Notes: a model not told the origin generated them from the sequence alone. 24,000 nucleotides of DNA from Salmonella enterica (GCA_050507695.1 CP191473.1:3307888-3331887); one strand, 5' to 3'; counted from the stretch's first letter, positions 1 through 8,726 are shown. Translations and numbers: made by a program.

Positions 1-987
1 CCGACTGGCGGAAAGTTCGATGGTAATTTTGGCGTGCTATCAGCGCTGGAGGTGATCCGCACACTCAATGATTACGGTATTGAAACCGACGCCCCGGTAG
101 AGATGGTTTTCTGGACCAATGAGGAGGGATCGCGTTTTGTACCGGTTATGATGGGATCTGGCGTTTTTGCAGGCATCTTTCCGTTAGAGTTGGCTTACGC
201 TGCAACAGATACCGAAGGCAAAACGGTGCGCGATGAGCTATTTAAGATTGGCTACGCCGGGGAGAACGTTCCCGGTAAGCACCCGATTGGCGCTTATTTT
301 GAGGCGCATATTGAGCAAGGGCCGATTCTTGAAGATGAGAATATCGCTATCGGCGTCGTACAAGCCGTACTCGGTATTCGCTGGTATGATTGCACCGTTA
401 CGGGTATGGAGTCTCATGCCGGCCCAACGCCAATGGCGATGCGCAAAGATGCATTGCAGGTCGCCACCGGGATTATGCAGCAGGTGATAACCATCGCTCA
501 GACATTCGCGCCACACGGGCGCGGTACGGTTGGCATGGTGCAGGTACATCCGAACAGCCGTAATGTGGTGCCTGGCAGCGTGAAATTCTCCATTGATTTT
601 CGCAATATGACCGACGCGCTGGTTGATGAAATGGATGCGGCATTACGGGCCTTTATTCAGCAAACGTCGCAAGAAACCGGCCTGGATATTGAGCTTACGC
701 AAGTTTCACAATATCCCGCCGCGCCTTTTCACCCCGAATGCAGGGCAGCGGTGCGAAATGCCGCCGCGCAAATGGGTTACAGCTATATGGATATCGTCTC
801 CGGTGCCGGACACGATGCTGTCTATATGAGCATGCTTGCCCCTACGGGAATGATTTTTATCCCCTGTAAAGATGGTATTAGTCACAACGAAATTGAATAC
901 TCTTCACCGGAGCAGGTCACTGCCGGAGCAAATGTATTGCTCCATGCGATGCTGGAAAAAGCAGGCGTGGCAGCACGCAAAGCATAA
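1..987 (+). CDS. M20-family Zn-dependent amidohydrolase (allantoate amidohydrolase / N-carbamoyl-L-amino-acid hydrolase type), 5'-truncated by the window edge
   Basis: Frame 1 is open from base 1 (PTGGKFDGNFGVLSALEV...) and the track ORF is 34..987. Motifs EEGSRF, HIEQGP, ESHAGPTPM, SGAGHDA and GISHN are typical of AllC/HyuC/AmaB-type M20 hydrolases. It is clearly diverged from E. coli AllC itself. Confidence 0.85.
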   Translation, partial: PTGGKFDGNFGVLSALEVIRTLNDYGIETDAPVEMVFWTNEEGSRFVPVMMGSGVFAGIFPLELAYAATDTEGKTVRDELFKIGYAGENVPGKHPIGAYFEAHIEQGPILEDENIAIGVVQAVLGIRWYDCTVTGMESHAGPTPMAMRKDALQVATGIMQQVITIAQTFAPHGRGTVGMVQVHPNSRNVVPGSVKFSIDFRNMTDALVDEMDAALRAFIQQTSQETGLDIELTQVSQYPAAPFHPECRAAVRNAAAQMGYSYMDIVSGAGHDAVYMSMLAPTGMIFIPCKDGISHNEIEYSSPEQVTAGANVLLHAMLEKAGVAARKA

Positions 988-1000
988 ATTTCGTTTTTGC

Positions 1001-1033
1001 CGGATGGTGCTATGCGAAGATATGCGCCATCCG
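1001..1033 (+). terminator. REP-like or terminator-like hairpin after the amidohydrolase gene
   Basis: cggatggtgc (1001-1010) pairs with gcgccatccg (1024-1033), a 10-bp stem with one G.T pair and a 13-nt loop. A T5 run precedes it but no U-tract follows. Confidence 0.35.
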
Positions 1034-1246
1034 CTAAATAACCAGCAGATCATATTGCGCTAACGCTTAAGAATTTGACTTAAAACCTTCAGACGTTTAC
1101 AAAAGAGAGTTCATTCCCTTCGTCAGACTTGCGACTTTACCATTTTCGTCCAGGCTTCCATTTCATCCTGCGAAAAATAGCGGTTGTGATGAGATTAGTG
1201 TGTGACCGACAGTTTGACCGGCAAGCATCTGTGAGTGGAGTAGCGA

Positions 1247-2470
1247 ATGTTCTCTTTTGTCGCCCGCCAGGCGATTTTCGATGTAAATATGAATACTGTC
1301 GGCTACGAGTTGTTGTTCCGGGACAGTATGACCAACCGTTTTCCCGATGTTACGCCGGAATATGCCACCGCACAGATCATTGTCGAACAATTTCTCGGCG
1401 CGCCGCTGGGGCGCCTGAAAGAGTACAGCGCAATCTTTGTCAATTTTCCCTATGACCTGCTGGTGCAAGGCATGGCGGAAACGCTGCCGAAGGATCGGGT
1501 TATTGTCGAAATTCTGGAGACCGCCGAACCGACTCCCCTGCTGCTGACTACGGTAAGGCAGCTATCCAACCAAGGTTTTCGCATTGCGCTGGATGATTTC
1601 TCATTAAGCGATAGCTGGGACACCTTTTTATCCCATATCGATATTATTAAATTCGATGTTCGGGTACATACGCCGCAACAGATTGGCGACTATATTCGCG
1701 AGAAAGCGCATCTGTTAACTGAAACGGTGTTCCTTGCCGAGAAGGTGGAAACCCAGCAGGAATTTAGCTGCTTTAAAGATCTCGGCTGTACGCTTTTTCA
1801 GGGACATCTGTTTAGTAAACCTGAGATCCACGCGGCAAATAAATTAATTCAGAACCAGACCATCACCTTAATGCTGATGAAAGAGGTGAATGCCGATTCC
1901 CCCGATTTTGGCAAAATCGAAACGCTGCTGAAACAAGACCTGGCACTCTCTTTTAAACTGATGCGCTATGCACAAAACATCGTTTTCAATGCCAGGGGTA
2001 TCAAAAATTTTCGCAGCCAGTCATTGAAGGACATCATTTTCTATCTGGGTGCCAATGAATTACGCCGTTTTGTGCTGGTCTCTTGCCTGACGTCGGTCAA
2101 TAAAGAAAAGATGAGCGAGATATACCGACAGAGTCTGATTCGGGCAAAGTTTTGCGAGCTAGTCTCTGCACATTCGGTTAGCCGCCACTCCGCAGATGAT
2201 GCGTTTATTGTGGGTCTCTTTTCCCAGTTGGATAAAATATTTGAGATGCCCATGGCGGATCTTATTAGCCAGATTGATGTCTCGGTGAACGTGATGATGG
2301 CGCTACGGGATAAAAAAGGCCCCCTCAACCCCTGGTTACAACTGTTCGAATTATATGAACAACATCAGTGGGAAGAGGTGAGCGCACTCGGACATCGGCT
2401 GGGCTTAAATCGTAGCCTGGTGGCAGATCTGATTAAGATCGCGAGCAAATGGACGGATGATATTCCGTAA
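1247..2470 (+). CDS. EAL domain + HDOD domain protein (putative c-di-GMP phosphodiesterase or effector)
   Basis: 407-aa ORF with GGAG 8 nt upstream of the ATG. EAL-domain landmarks are present: YELLFRD, VNFP, EILE, ALDDF, KFD, AEKVE and QGHLFSKP. The C-terminal about 200 aa (LMLMKEV...LSFKLMRYAQN...FIVGLFSQLD) resembles an HDOD domain. Confidence 0.8.
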   Translation: MFSFVARQAIFDVNMNTVGYELLFRDSMTNRFPDVTPEYATAQIIVEQFLGAPLGRLKEYSAIFVNFPYDLLVQGMAETLPKDRVIVEILETAEPTPLLLTTVRQLSNQGFRIALDDFSLSDSWDTFLSHIDIIKFDVRVHTPQQIGDYIREKAHLLTETVFLAEKVETQQEFSCFKDLGCTLFQGHLFSKPEIHAANKLIQNQTITLMLMKEVNADSPDFGKIETLLKQDLALSFKLMRYAQNIVFNARGIKNFRSQSLKDIIFYLGANELRRFVLVSCLTSVNKEKMSEIYRQSLIRAKFCELVSAHSVSRHSADDAFIVGLFSQLDKIFEMPMADLISQIDVSVNVMMALRDKKGPLNPWLQLFELYEQHQWEEVSALGHRLGLNRSLVADLIKIASKWTDDIP

Positions 2471-2480
2471 AATAGTTCTG

Positions 2481-2816
2481 TTAATGTTTATGTAATCGTC
2501 GCCAGACGCCTGGCGGCATTTGATATTTACGCGTAAAGACGCGGGTAAAGGTCTGTTGGGAATCGTAACCAAAGCTCATCGCGATAGCCATTACAGACTC
2601 TTCTGTGGTCAGTAGTGCTTGTGCGGCGCGCTCCAGTTTTTTGTTACGGATATAGGACCCTATCGATACCCGCGTGACCTGCTGGAACAATCGTTGCAGA
2701 TGCCATTTGGAGTAACCAGCTCGCGTAGCGACTTCACCGATACGCAATGGCCGATCAATATTGTCGTCTATCCACCGCCGGATCTCATAAATCACCGCTT
2801 GTTGCATACCCATCAT
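2481..2816 (-). CDS. Small AraC/XylS-family activator of the MarA/SoxS/RamA/Rob type
   Basis: 111 aa consisting of the two HTH units only. WIDDNIDRPLRI...AGYSKWHLQRLF...YIRNKKL...FGYDSQQTFTRVFTRKY aligns closely by eye with SoxS, RamA and MarA. GAGGAG lies 6 nt upstream of the ATG at 2816. Confidence 0.9.
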   Translation of the reverse strand: MMGMQQAVIYEIRRWIDDNIDRPLRIGEVATRAGYSKWHLQRLFQQVTRVSIGSYIRNKKLERAAQALLTTEESVMAIAMSFGYDSQQTFTRVFTRKYQMPPGVWRRLHKH

Positions 2817-2819
2817 TTA

Positions 2820-2843
2820 AGGCTCCTCTCACTAAAGGAGCCT
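2820..2843 (-). promoter_or_regulatory. 5'-UTR hairpin that sequesters the Shine-Dalgarno of the marA/soxS-like gene
   Basis: Perfect 7-bp inverted repeat AGGCTCC (2820-2826) / GGAGCCT (2837-2843) with a 10-nt loop. On the minus strand the 3' arm contains the GGAG SD just upstream of the ATG. Confidence 0.4.
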
Positions 2844-2957
2844 CAACTTAACGCGGCCATTCTTACTGAAAAATGACGCTAAAAAACTCTAAGTATTTTC
2901 CAGAAACTTCCGATAACGATAAAGGATATCTAACCACGCAATAACTCAGGAAGAAAA

Positions 2958-3191
2958 ATGAAAAGACATCCATTGGCCTGCCGCGCCCTCAAAGCAGCGG
3001 GATACGATCCGACATGCAGCGTGCTGGAGCTTGAACATAGCAACGGACGAGTTGAACAGTATCTTGGCGTACCGGCTAAAACCTGGCAGGGATTTTTGAT
3101 GAGCCATGAGCAAGAAAAATATTTCCGCGAAAATATCGCGAACAGCTATCTGAAAGTCGTTATCGAACAGGCCAATCACAGCCGCTTTTAA
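2958..3191 (+). CDS. KTSC domain-containing small protein
   Basis: 77-aa ORF with AGGAAG upstream. The pattern GYDPTCSVLELEHSNGRVEQYLGVPAKTWQGFLMSHEQEKYF fits the KTSC (lysyl-tRNA synthetase C-terminal-like) domain. Confidence 0.65.
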   Translation: MKRHPLACRALKAAGYDPTCSVLELEHSNGRVEQYLGVPAKTWQGFLMSHEQEKYFRENIANSYLKVVIEQANHSRF

Positions 3192-3304
3192 CGCTGCTCT
3201 TTTATTTTTGCTAACAGAAAATAAGCAAAAACAATGGCGTGAAGGAACCTATATTCTGGCGTTAGGTGTACTATTCCGTGCATGTTCATTCACCGGAGTT
3301 GTTG

Positions 3305-4237
3305 ATGAATATCATCGACGTCATCATGTCGGCGGGCAAGGTTTCTGTAGATGTCGCGCTATATACCTTGCTGCCTATCATGGTTGTGATGCTAATCATT
3401 ATGAAGTACCTGGAAGAAAAAGGGATTCTCGACGGGATTGTGCGTATTACCGCTCCTGTTTTGAAACCCTTCGGTATTAGCGGCATGGCGATTTTTGCGC
3501 TTATTCAGCTTAATTTTGTCAGTTTTGCCGCACCGCTCGCCGCACTGGCAATTATGGATAAAAGAGGTACATCTGACCGCCACCTCGCCGCGACGCTGGC
3601 GATGCTGTTTGCTATGGGGCAGGCCAATGTTTTCTACCCGCTAATTCCCTTTGGTCTGCATTGGGGAACGGCTATTTTATTCTCACTGATTGGCGGCCTG
3701 GCAGCCTCAACCTTGACGTACCATGTTACAGGAAGAAAACTCTCTGCCGTCAGTTTGCGAAATACAGAGGATGAAACATTACGGGACAAGCCCCCGGCGG
3801 GCATTATCGCAGTGATAAACGGCGCCGGCGCAGATGCCATCCGCCTGTCATTGGGTTCGTTGCCAATGCTGCTACTGGCATTAACCGTTGTGGGATTACT
3901 GAAAGCGGCTGGAGCAGTCGAAGCGCTCACCGCCTGGCTGACACCGTTACTTGGCTGGTTTGATCTCTCCAGCGCCTATGTCCTACTGACGCTAACAAAA
4001 TGTCTGGCAGGCGGTACGGCTTATTTTGGTATTGCTTCAGAAATGGCGCAAAACGGGCAACTCAGTGCCGAGCAGATCAACGCCTCGGCGGGTTTTCTGG
4101 TGCAGACGCTGGATCTGCCGGGAATCGGCATATTTTTAGGCATCGCCAGCCGTTTTCCCCGGCTATTTCGTTTTGCCCTTCCCGGTGCGATTATCGGCAT
4201 TCTGATCCGCACCGTTTTACATGCCACTGTCTTCTGA
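3305..4237 (+). CDS. Nucleoside-recognition (Gate) domain membrane protein, SpmA/SpmB/YjiG-YjiH-like
   Basis: Polytopic hydrophobic ORF. I prefer the internal ATG at 3305 (MNIIDVIMSAGK...), which has GGAG 8 nt upstream, over the track start at 3266. Confidence 0.7.
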   Translation: MNIIDVIMSAGKVSVDVALYTLLPIMVVMLIIMKYLEEKGILDGIVRITAPVLKPFGISGMAIFALIQLNFVSFAAPLAALAIMDKRGTSDRHLAATLAMLFAMGQANVFYPLIPFGLHWGTAILFSLIGGLAASTLTYHVTGRKLSAVSLRNTEDETLRDKPPAGIIAVINGAGADAIRLSLGSLPMLLLALTVVGLLKAAGAVEALTAWLTPLLGWFDLSSAYVLLTLTKCLAGGTAYFGIASEMAQNGQLSAEQINASAGFLVQTLDLPGIGIFLGIASRFPRLFRFALPGAIIGILIRTVLHATVF

Positions 4238-4271
4238 CACAGGGTTAAATGATTAATACCAGTAACGCAAT

Positions 4272-4697
4272 TTACCGGGATTCAACCAAAATAAACTCTT
4301 CAAACAGTAATTCCATATCCGGGGCGAAGGTGCCTTCCCGCTCGAAAAAGGCGCGATGCGCATCGCGCCAGTAACTCAGGCTTTTATCACCTTCGCCTTC
4401 AAGACGCGCTTCGTATTCAGTGATTTCGTTGAAACGAAGCAGCTTCATCGCCACTGTGCGTATAACGCACGCCGGCTCGCCTTTGCCATCAAGCACAATA
4501 TGATAATCCCCCGGCAGGATTTTTCTCTCTAATGTAAGAAAAGAACTATACGAGCCACAGGTACCCGTTTTTTCGCCACAAACGACCAGATGCGCTAATT
4601 CATCAGCCAGTTCAGGGGTATCACCAAAATGCCAGACATGAGCCTGAGGATAATGTTGCTGTAAAGACTCTAATTTTAATGACATGCAAAAATCCAT
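4272..4697 (-). CDS. ASCH domain-containing protein
   Basis: 141-aa ORF. WHFGDTPELADELAHLVVCGEKTGTC...RFNEITEYEARLEGEGDKSLSYWRDAHRAFF is the typical ASCH/PUA-like pattern. The start is ambiguous between 4697 and 4685. Confidence 0.7.
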   Translation of the reverse strand: MDFCMSLKLESLQQHYPQAHVWHFGDTPELADELAHLVVCGEKTGTCGSYSSFLTLERKILPGDYHIVLDGKGEPACVIRTVAMKLLRFNEITEYEARLEGEGDKSLSYWRDAHRAFFEREGTFAPDMELLFEEFILVESR

Positions 4698-4802
4698 TTG
4701 ATTTTCAAGAAAAACAATATTCTATCCACAGTTCAATATTTATAAAGCGCAGCGATCACAATACAAAAAAAATTTAAGTTATTATTTGCTTACTATTATT
4801 TT

Positions 4803-5171
4803 TTAAAGTTCATCTGTGCCGATCTTCAGATAGCGCATCAACCCTTCGTGTGCACTTTTTTTGGCTTCAGCATTTAATGCCACTAAATAAAAACCATCAG
4901 CCACACCATAAGGCGCTTTTTCCGGTGGATAGAGCGCATAATTGATGTTGCGTTCGACCCTCGCTGTAAGTGTATGACAGGCCATTGCCCATTTATCTGC
5001 TGTAATCTTCGCGGCTTCACAACTCACCGGGCCATAACTATTACTCAAATAAGAAGTGACGCGTGTCTGCGCCTTATCGACAAACGGGGGTTGCGGCTCT
5101 GTTTGGGTAGACTTATAAATAATAAAGCCGATGCCTGCAATCAACGGCAAGAAGATAAGTAGCTTTTTCAT
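4803..5171 (-). CDS. Hypothetical exported or membrane-anchored protein
   Basis: The ORF has an N-terminal hydrophobic segment, MKKLLIFLPLIAGIGFIIY. I prefer the start at 5171. No family was recognised. It is flanked by AT-rich DNA. Confidence 0.5.
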   Translation of the reverse strand: MKKLLIFLPLIAGIGFIIYKSTQTEPQPPFVDKAQTRVTSYLSNSYGPVSCEAAKITADKWAMACHTLTARVERNINYALYPPEKAPYGVADGFYLVALNAEAKKSAHEGLMRYLKIGTDEL

Positions 5172-5437
5172 ATAAAATTCCGTCATCTCGCATTAAAACA
5201 CAAGACAAAACGATGCCAATACAAAAATTATAAACATTTTGTTGGAGCAGCGACAGCCTGCCAAAGTACCAATTAGCGAGAGCTTACGTCGGTAAAAGTA
5301 CCGATTGCACAACTTTAGCAGCCAAATTAAATGAATGAGTAAATTCTTATGAATGATAATATTTATTACTTTTCAGCGTTATGGCGAAATTTTATTGCTG
5401 TGCTAAATTTTTTGTACTTAAAACAGAGGATGTAAAA

Positions 5438-5635
5438 ATGAAGTTCAATGATAAGCATACGGGGCTTATTGGCTTAGCAATTGGCACTGCGGTAATCGGT
5501 CTTGTTGCTTCACGTAAAATTATAAACAGGGACAGCATCATTGCAGAGATTGAGCGACAAGGACGGGACAGAGGAGATGGTGTGGAAGGCGATATTTTTC
5601 TCAAGGCCGCAGATTTAGTCCGTAAAGGATTCTAA
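5438..5635 (+). CDS. Small single-TM hypothetical protein (65 aa)
   Basis: The internal ATG at 5438 has AGAGGA upstream. It carries one predicted TM segment (GLIGLAIGTAVIGLVA) and is followed by a strong hairpin. Confidence 0.4.
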   Translation: MKFNDKHTGLIGLAIGTAVIGLVASRKIINRDSIIAEIERQGRDRGDGVEGDIFLKAADLVRKGF

Positions 5636-5637
5636 TT

Positions 5638-5659
5638 GAGCTTGCCCAATGGCAAGCTC
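5638..5659. terminator. Hairpin between two convergent genes
   Basis: Perfect 9-bp stem gagcttgcc / ggcaagctc with the 4-nt loop caat. There is no clear U-tract on either strand. Confidence 0.5.
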
Positions 5660-5673
5660 TGGCTCATACGCGA

Positions 5674-6765
5674 TTACTTCACCGTTCCCTTTATCCCATG
5701 GGGTTCGGCACGTCGATATTGTGGTGCGATATACACTGCTCCGTGCAATGTGGCCGCAGCATGCCACGGCCAGCGCGGATCGTAGAGTGCGCCTCGTGCC
5801 AGCGCGATAAAATCGGCATCGCCCTGTTGCAGAATATCTTCAGCATGCTGCGCCTCGGTGATCAAACCAACCGCGACCACTGGCATTTTGGTGCGTTGAC
5901 GCAGCGTGCTGGCAAACGGAACCTGATAACCAGGTGCCACTGTAATATGCTGTAGAGGAGAAAGGCCACCGCTGGAAACATGCAGATAGTCTCCCCCCAG
6001 CGCCTCGATTTTTTGTGCCAGCACAGCAGATTGCTCTACATCCCATCCTCCTTCTACCCAATCGGTAGCGGAGATGCGAATACCGACGGCAACTGATGAA
6101 GGCACCGCTTCACGTACCGCCCTAAAAACATCAAGCGTGAAACGCAGACGATTTTCAAGGCTTCCGCCATACTCATCGGTGCGCTGATTTGAAAGTGGCG
6201 ATAAAAACTGATGCAGTAAATAACCGTGCGCAGCGTGGATTTCGATAAGCTCGATGCCTAGCTTGACCGCGCGCAGGGCGCTATCAACGAAAGCCTGCTT
6301 AACTCGCACTAAATCCTGCAATGACATCTCGTTCGGCGGAATATCGGTTTCGGCATAAGCCTGTGCAGAAGGCGCGAGGGTCTGCCAGCCACCCGCCTGA
6401 GGCGATAGCTGTTTTCCTCCCAACCACGGGGCGCTGCAGGAAGCTTTACGCCCTGCATGACCTAACTGGATACCGATTTTTACCGGTGAATAGTGACGGA
6501 TATCCGCAATAACACTCTGCAGGGCTTGTTCCGTTTCATCATTCCACAAGCCAAGATCTTGTGGCGAAATACGGCCTTCAGGCTCAACGGCTGTCGCTTC
6601 GATGATCACTAAACCTGCTCCGGATAGTGCCAGGTTGCCCAGATGAATACGATGCCAGGCAGTGGCTTTCCCCTCATCGGCAGAGTACTGGCACATGGGC
6701 GCAATAATGATACGGTTATCCAATACAAGATTGCCGATTTTGGCTTGCGAAAATAACTTGCTCAT
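5674..6765 (-). CDS. NADH:flavin oxidoreductase, Old Yellow Enzyme family (XenA/YqjM-like)
   Basis: 363 aa. APMCQY, HLGNLA..GAGL.IIEATAV.PEGRI, HAGRKAS, IEIHAAHGYLLHQFLSP..N.RTDEYGGS and the C-terminal ARG.LYDPRWPWHAA all match the XenA-type OYE subclass by eye. Confidence 0.9.
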   Translation of the reverse strand: MSKLFSQAKIGNLVLDNRIIIAPMCQYSADEGKATAWHRIHLGNLALSGAGLVIIEATAVEPEGRISPQDLGLWNDETEQALQSVIADIRHYSPVKIGIQLGHAGRKASCSAPWLGGKQLSPQAGGWQTLAPSAQAYAETDIPPNEMSLQDLVRVKQAFVDSALRAVKLGIELIEIHAAHGYLLHQFLSPLSNQRTDEYGGSLENRLRFTLDVFRAVREAVPSSVAVGIRISATDWVEGGWDVEQSAVLAQKIEALGGDYLHVSSGGLSPLQHITVAPGYQVPFASTLRQRTKMPVVAVGLITEAQHAEDILQQGDADFIALARGALYDPRWPWHAAATLHGAVYIAPQYRRAEPHGIKGTVK

Positions 6766-7468
6766 ATCTTATCCTTTCCAGCTAAACATGTTTTCCCAGC
6801 GGTAAAAGACAACTCAATGCTTTGTTGAATTATTAAAAATAATCAATGAATGACTATCTGTCAGATCATTGGGCATGTCGTTGGTGGGATGTGCTATTTA
6901 AAGCAGTAAGTAGCCGGTTTGGCCCGCTTACCCGGATGAGTTAAGAAGTTGTCACGGGCAGCTGAGCAAGCTTCCTCCACAAAATGGTTAAGTTTTTCCT
7001 GTTGCTGTGAATGAGGCGGTGAAAAAAGAAATAAAAACCGAGCATCGTATTGACATTAACGAATGCAACGCCCATTTAGTCGCAAAGAGTCAGCACTCCC
7101 GTACAGGAAGAGTAAAATACTGCAATTTAAAATAAACAACTGTGAACAATATATTTTACAGACCAAAAACAAACGGCTCTTTACAGCAAAGTTGTCGTTT
7201 ACCTGTTAAGGATTCTGCTTAAGCAGTCATTATTGACGCCTTGCCCGAGGGTACTAAAAAATTTCCTTGATAAGAATTATCAAAAAATGTAACGCCATAT
7301 TGCAGCGATTGAACTTCCTGCGATTTACTTCCATCAGATGACCTGCAACTCATAGGGTTGCATATTGGTACATATATTTGATAAAACATGGCACGCTGTA
7401 TTGATCTTTATGTCGTTATCTATAAAAATTAAATGGAAACCTTTATTTCCATGACAAGGAGTGAAGTG

Positions 7469-7873
7469 ATGTCCGAAGCACTTAAAGCATTAAATAACAT
7501 TCGTACCCTACGAGTTCAATCTCGCGAAGTAACTCTTGAAACACTTGAAGAGATGCTTGAAAAGCTCTCTGTCGTTGTTGAAGAGCGTCGCGAAGAAGAA
7601 GCCTCTTTGCGTAAAGAGCAGGAAGAGAAAGAGGCAAAGCTTGCCGCTTTCCGTCAAAAATTATTGGATGAAGGTATCGATCCAACTGAACTTTTATCCT
7701 CTTTAAAAGGACAAGCGCCTAAATCAAAATCAGGCCGTGCCCCTCGTCCTGCCAAATATAAGTATGTGGATGAAGATGGCAGCGAAAAAACCTGGACTGG
7801 CCAGGGTCGTACGCCAAAAGCAATCGCCAGGGCACTTGAAGAAGGTAAAAAACTGGAAGATTTTGCCATCTAA
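7469..7873 (+). CDS. H-NS family nucleoid-associated protein (H-NS/StpA/Hfp-like paralogue)
   Basis: 134 aa from the ATG at 7469, with AAGGAG 7 nt upstream. [15 protein letters not shown]...[20 protein letters not shown]...[26 protein letters not shown] matches the H-NS dimerisation region and the [12 protein letters not shown]-binding motif. Confidence 0.9.
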   Translation: MSEALKALNNIRTLRVQSREVTLETLEEMLEKLSVVVEERREEEASLRKEQEEKEAKLAAFRQKLLDEGIDPTELLSSLKGQAPKSKSGRAPRPAKYKYVDEDGSEKTWTGQGRTPKAIARALEEGKKLEDFAI

Positions 7874-7880
7874 AAATAGA

Positions 7881-7908
7881 GGGGCAGGCCATACACTGCC
7901 CCTGCTTT
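7881..7908 (+). terminator. Intrinsic terminator of the hns-like gene
   Basis: GGGGCAG (7881-7887) / CTGCCCC (7896-7902) form a stem with an 8-nt loop, followed by tgctttca. Confidence 0.55.
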
Positions 7909-7910
7909 CA

Positions 7911-8697
7911 ATGGCTGAAAATTTAGCGCAAATGGGCGCATCCCCTGTCAGTCTAATCAACTTGCATGGTAATCCAGTTATCTATAAGCAGAACGTAACA
8001 GACGTTGAGCTGAATTTTTATCGCCATGCCGCTGAACCACTTAGCGCAGAAGGGCTACATCTCCCCCCGCCTCATTGGATTAGACATCCCCCGCCAGCAA
8101 CTACTGCTGGAATATATTCCGTTACCCGTTTCACAAGACGAGCTTGGCAGCAGCGATACCATTGTTAATTTATTATCCATTATTCACAAACATCTCCCAG
8201 CCGCACATTATCACTTCAAAAGCCATTGCTGGCGCGAAGATCGTCTCGCAGAGGTCTATCATTTATTAGATTTTTCTAACCAACAGATCGCTATTTTTGA
8301 AAAGCTGAGAACGACCAGTGACATTCTGTTTGCGCCATCCTGCATAATTTCAGGGGACAGCAATGCCGGAAACTGGGGCCGGCGGAGCAATGGTGAGGCT
8401 GTTTTATTTGACTGGGAGCGTTTCGGACAGGGCTCTCCTGCAATTGACCTTGCTCCCTTGATTAAAGGTATGGGCACCACACGTGATTATATCCAGCTGG
8501 CCGAAAGGTATACTCAGATAAACAAGCACTATACGATAAAGCAGCTCAGCCGTGAAATCATGCTCAGCAAGGCCTGGATAGTAACAGAAGTAGTGACGTT
8601 ACTCACTGCAAGGAATAACCGACACCTCTGTGCTTATATTGCGTGGTATAAAGCTCATTTACCGGACTGGTTATCCCATATCCACCAACTGATTTAG
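7911..8697 (+). pseudogene. Aminoglycoside/choline-kinase-fold phosphotransferase family gene, apparently frameshifted near 8052-8068
   Basis: The N-lobe (MAENLAQMG...VIYKQNV..ELNFYRHAAEPLSAEG) reads in the 7737 frame. The rest (ISPRLIGLD...LLLEYIP...ISGDSNAGNW...FDWERFGQGSPAIDLA) reads in the 8026 frame. The span is 787 nt (3n+1), consistent with one extra base near the GGG run (8052-8054) or the C6 run (8063-8068). Confidence 0.6.
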
Positions 8698-8726
8698 TTC
8701 TCTTTAAGCGACGAGACAGCACAGTG

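Noticed and set aside
6846-6944. 32-codon ORF (MNDYLSDHWACRWWDVLFKAVSSRFGPLTRMS) in the long leader upstream of the hns paralogue
   Set aside because: It has no SD, its Trp/Cys-rich composition is odd, and I cannot see any conservation evidence. I mention it only because the 700-bp leader is otherwise empty.
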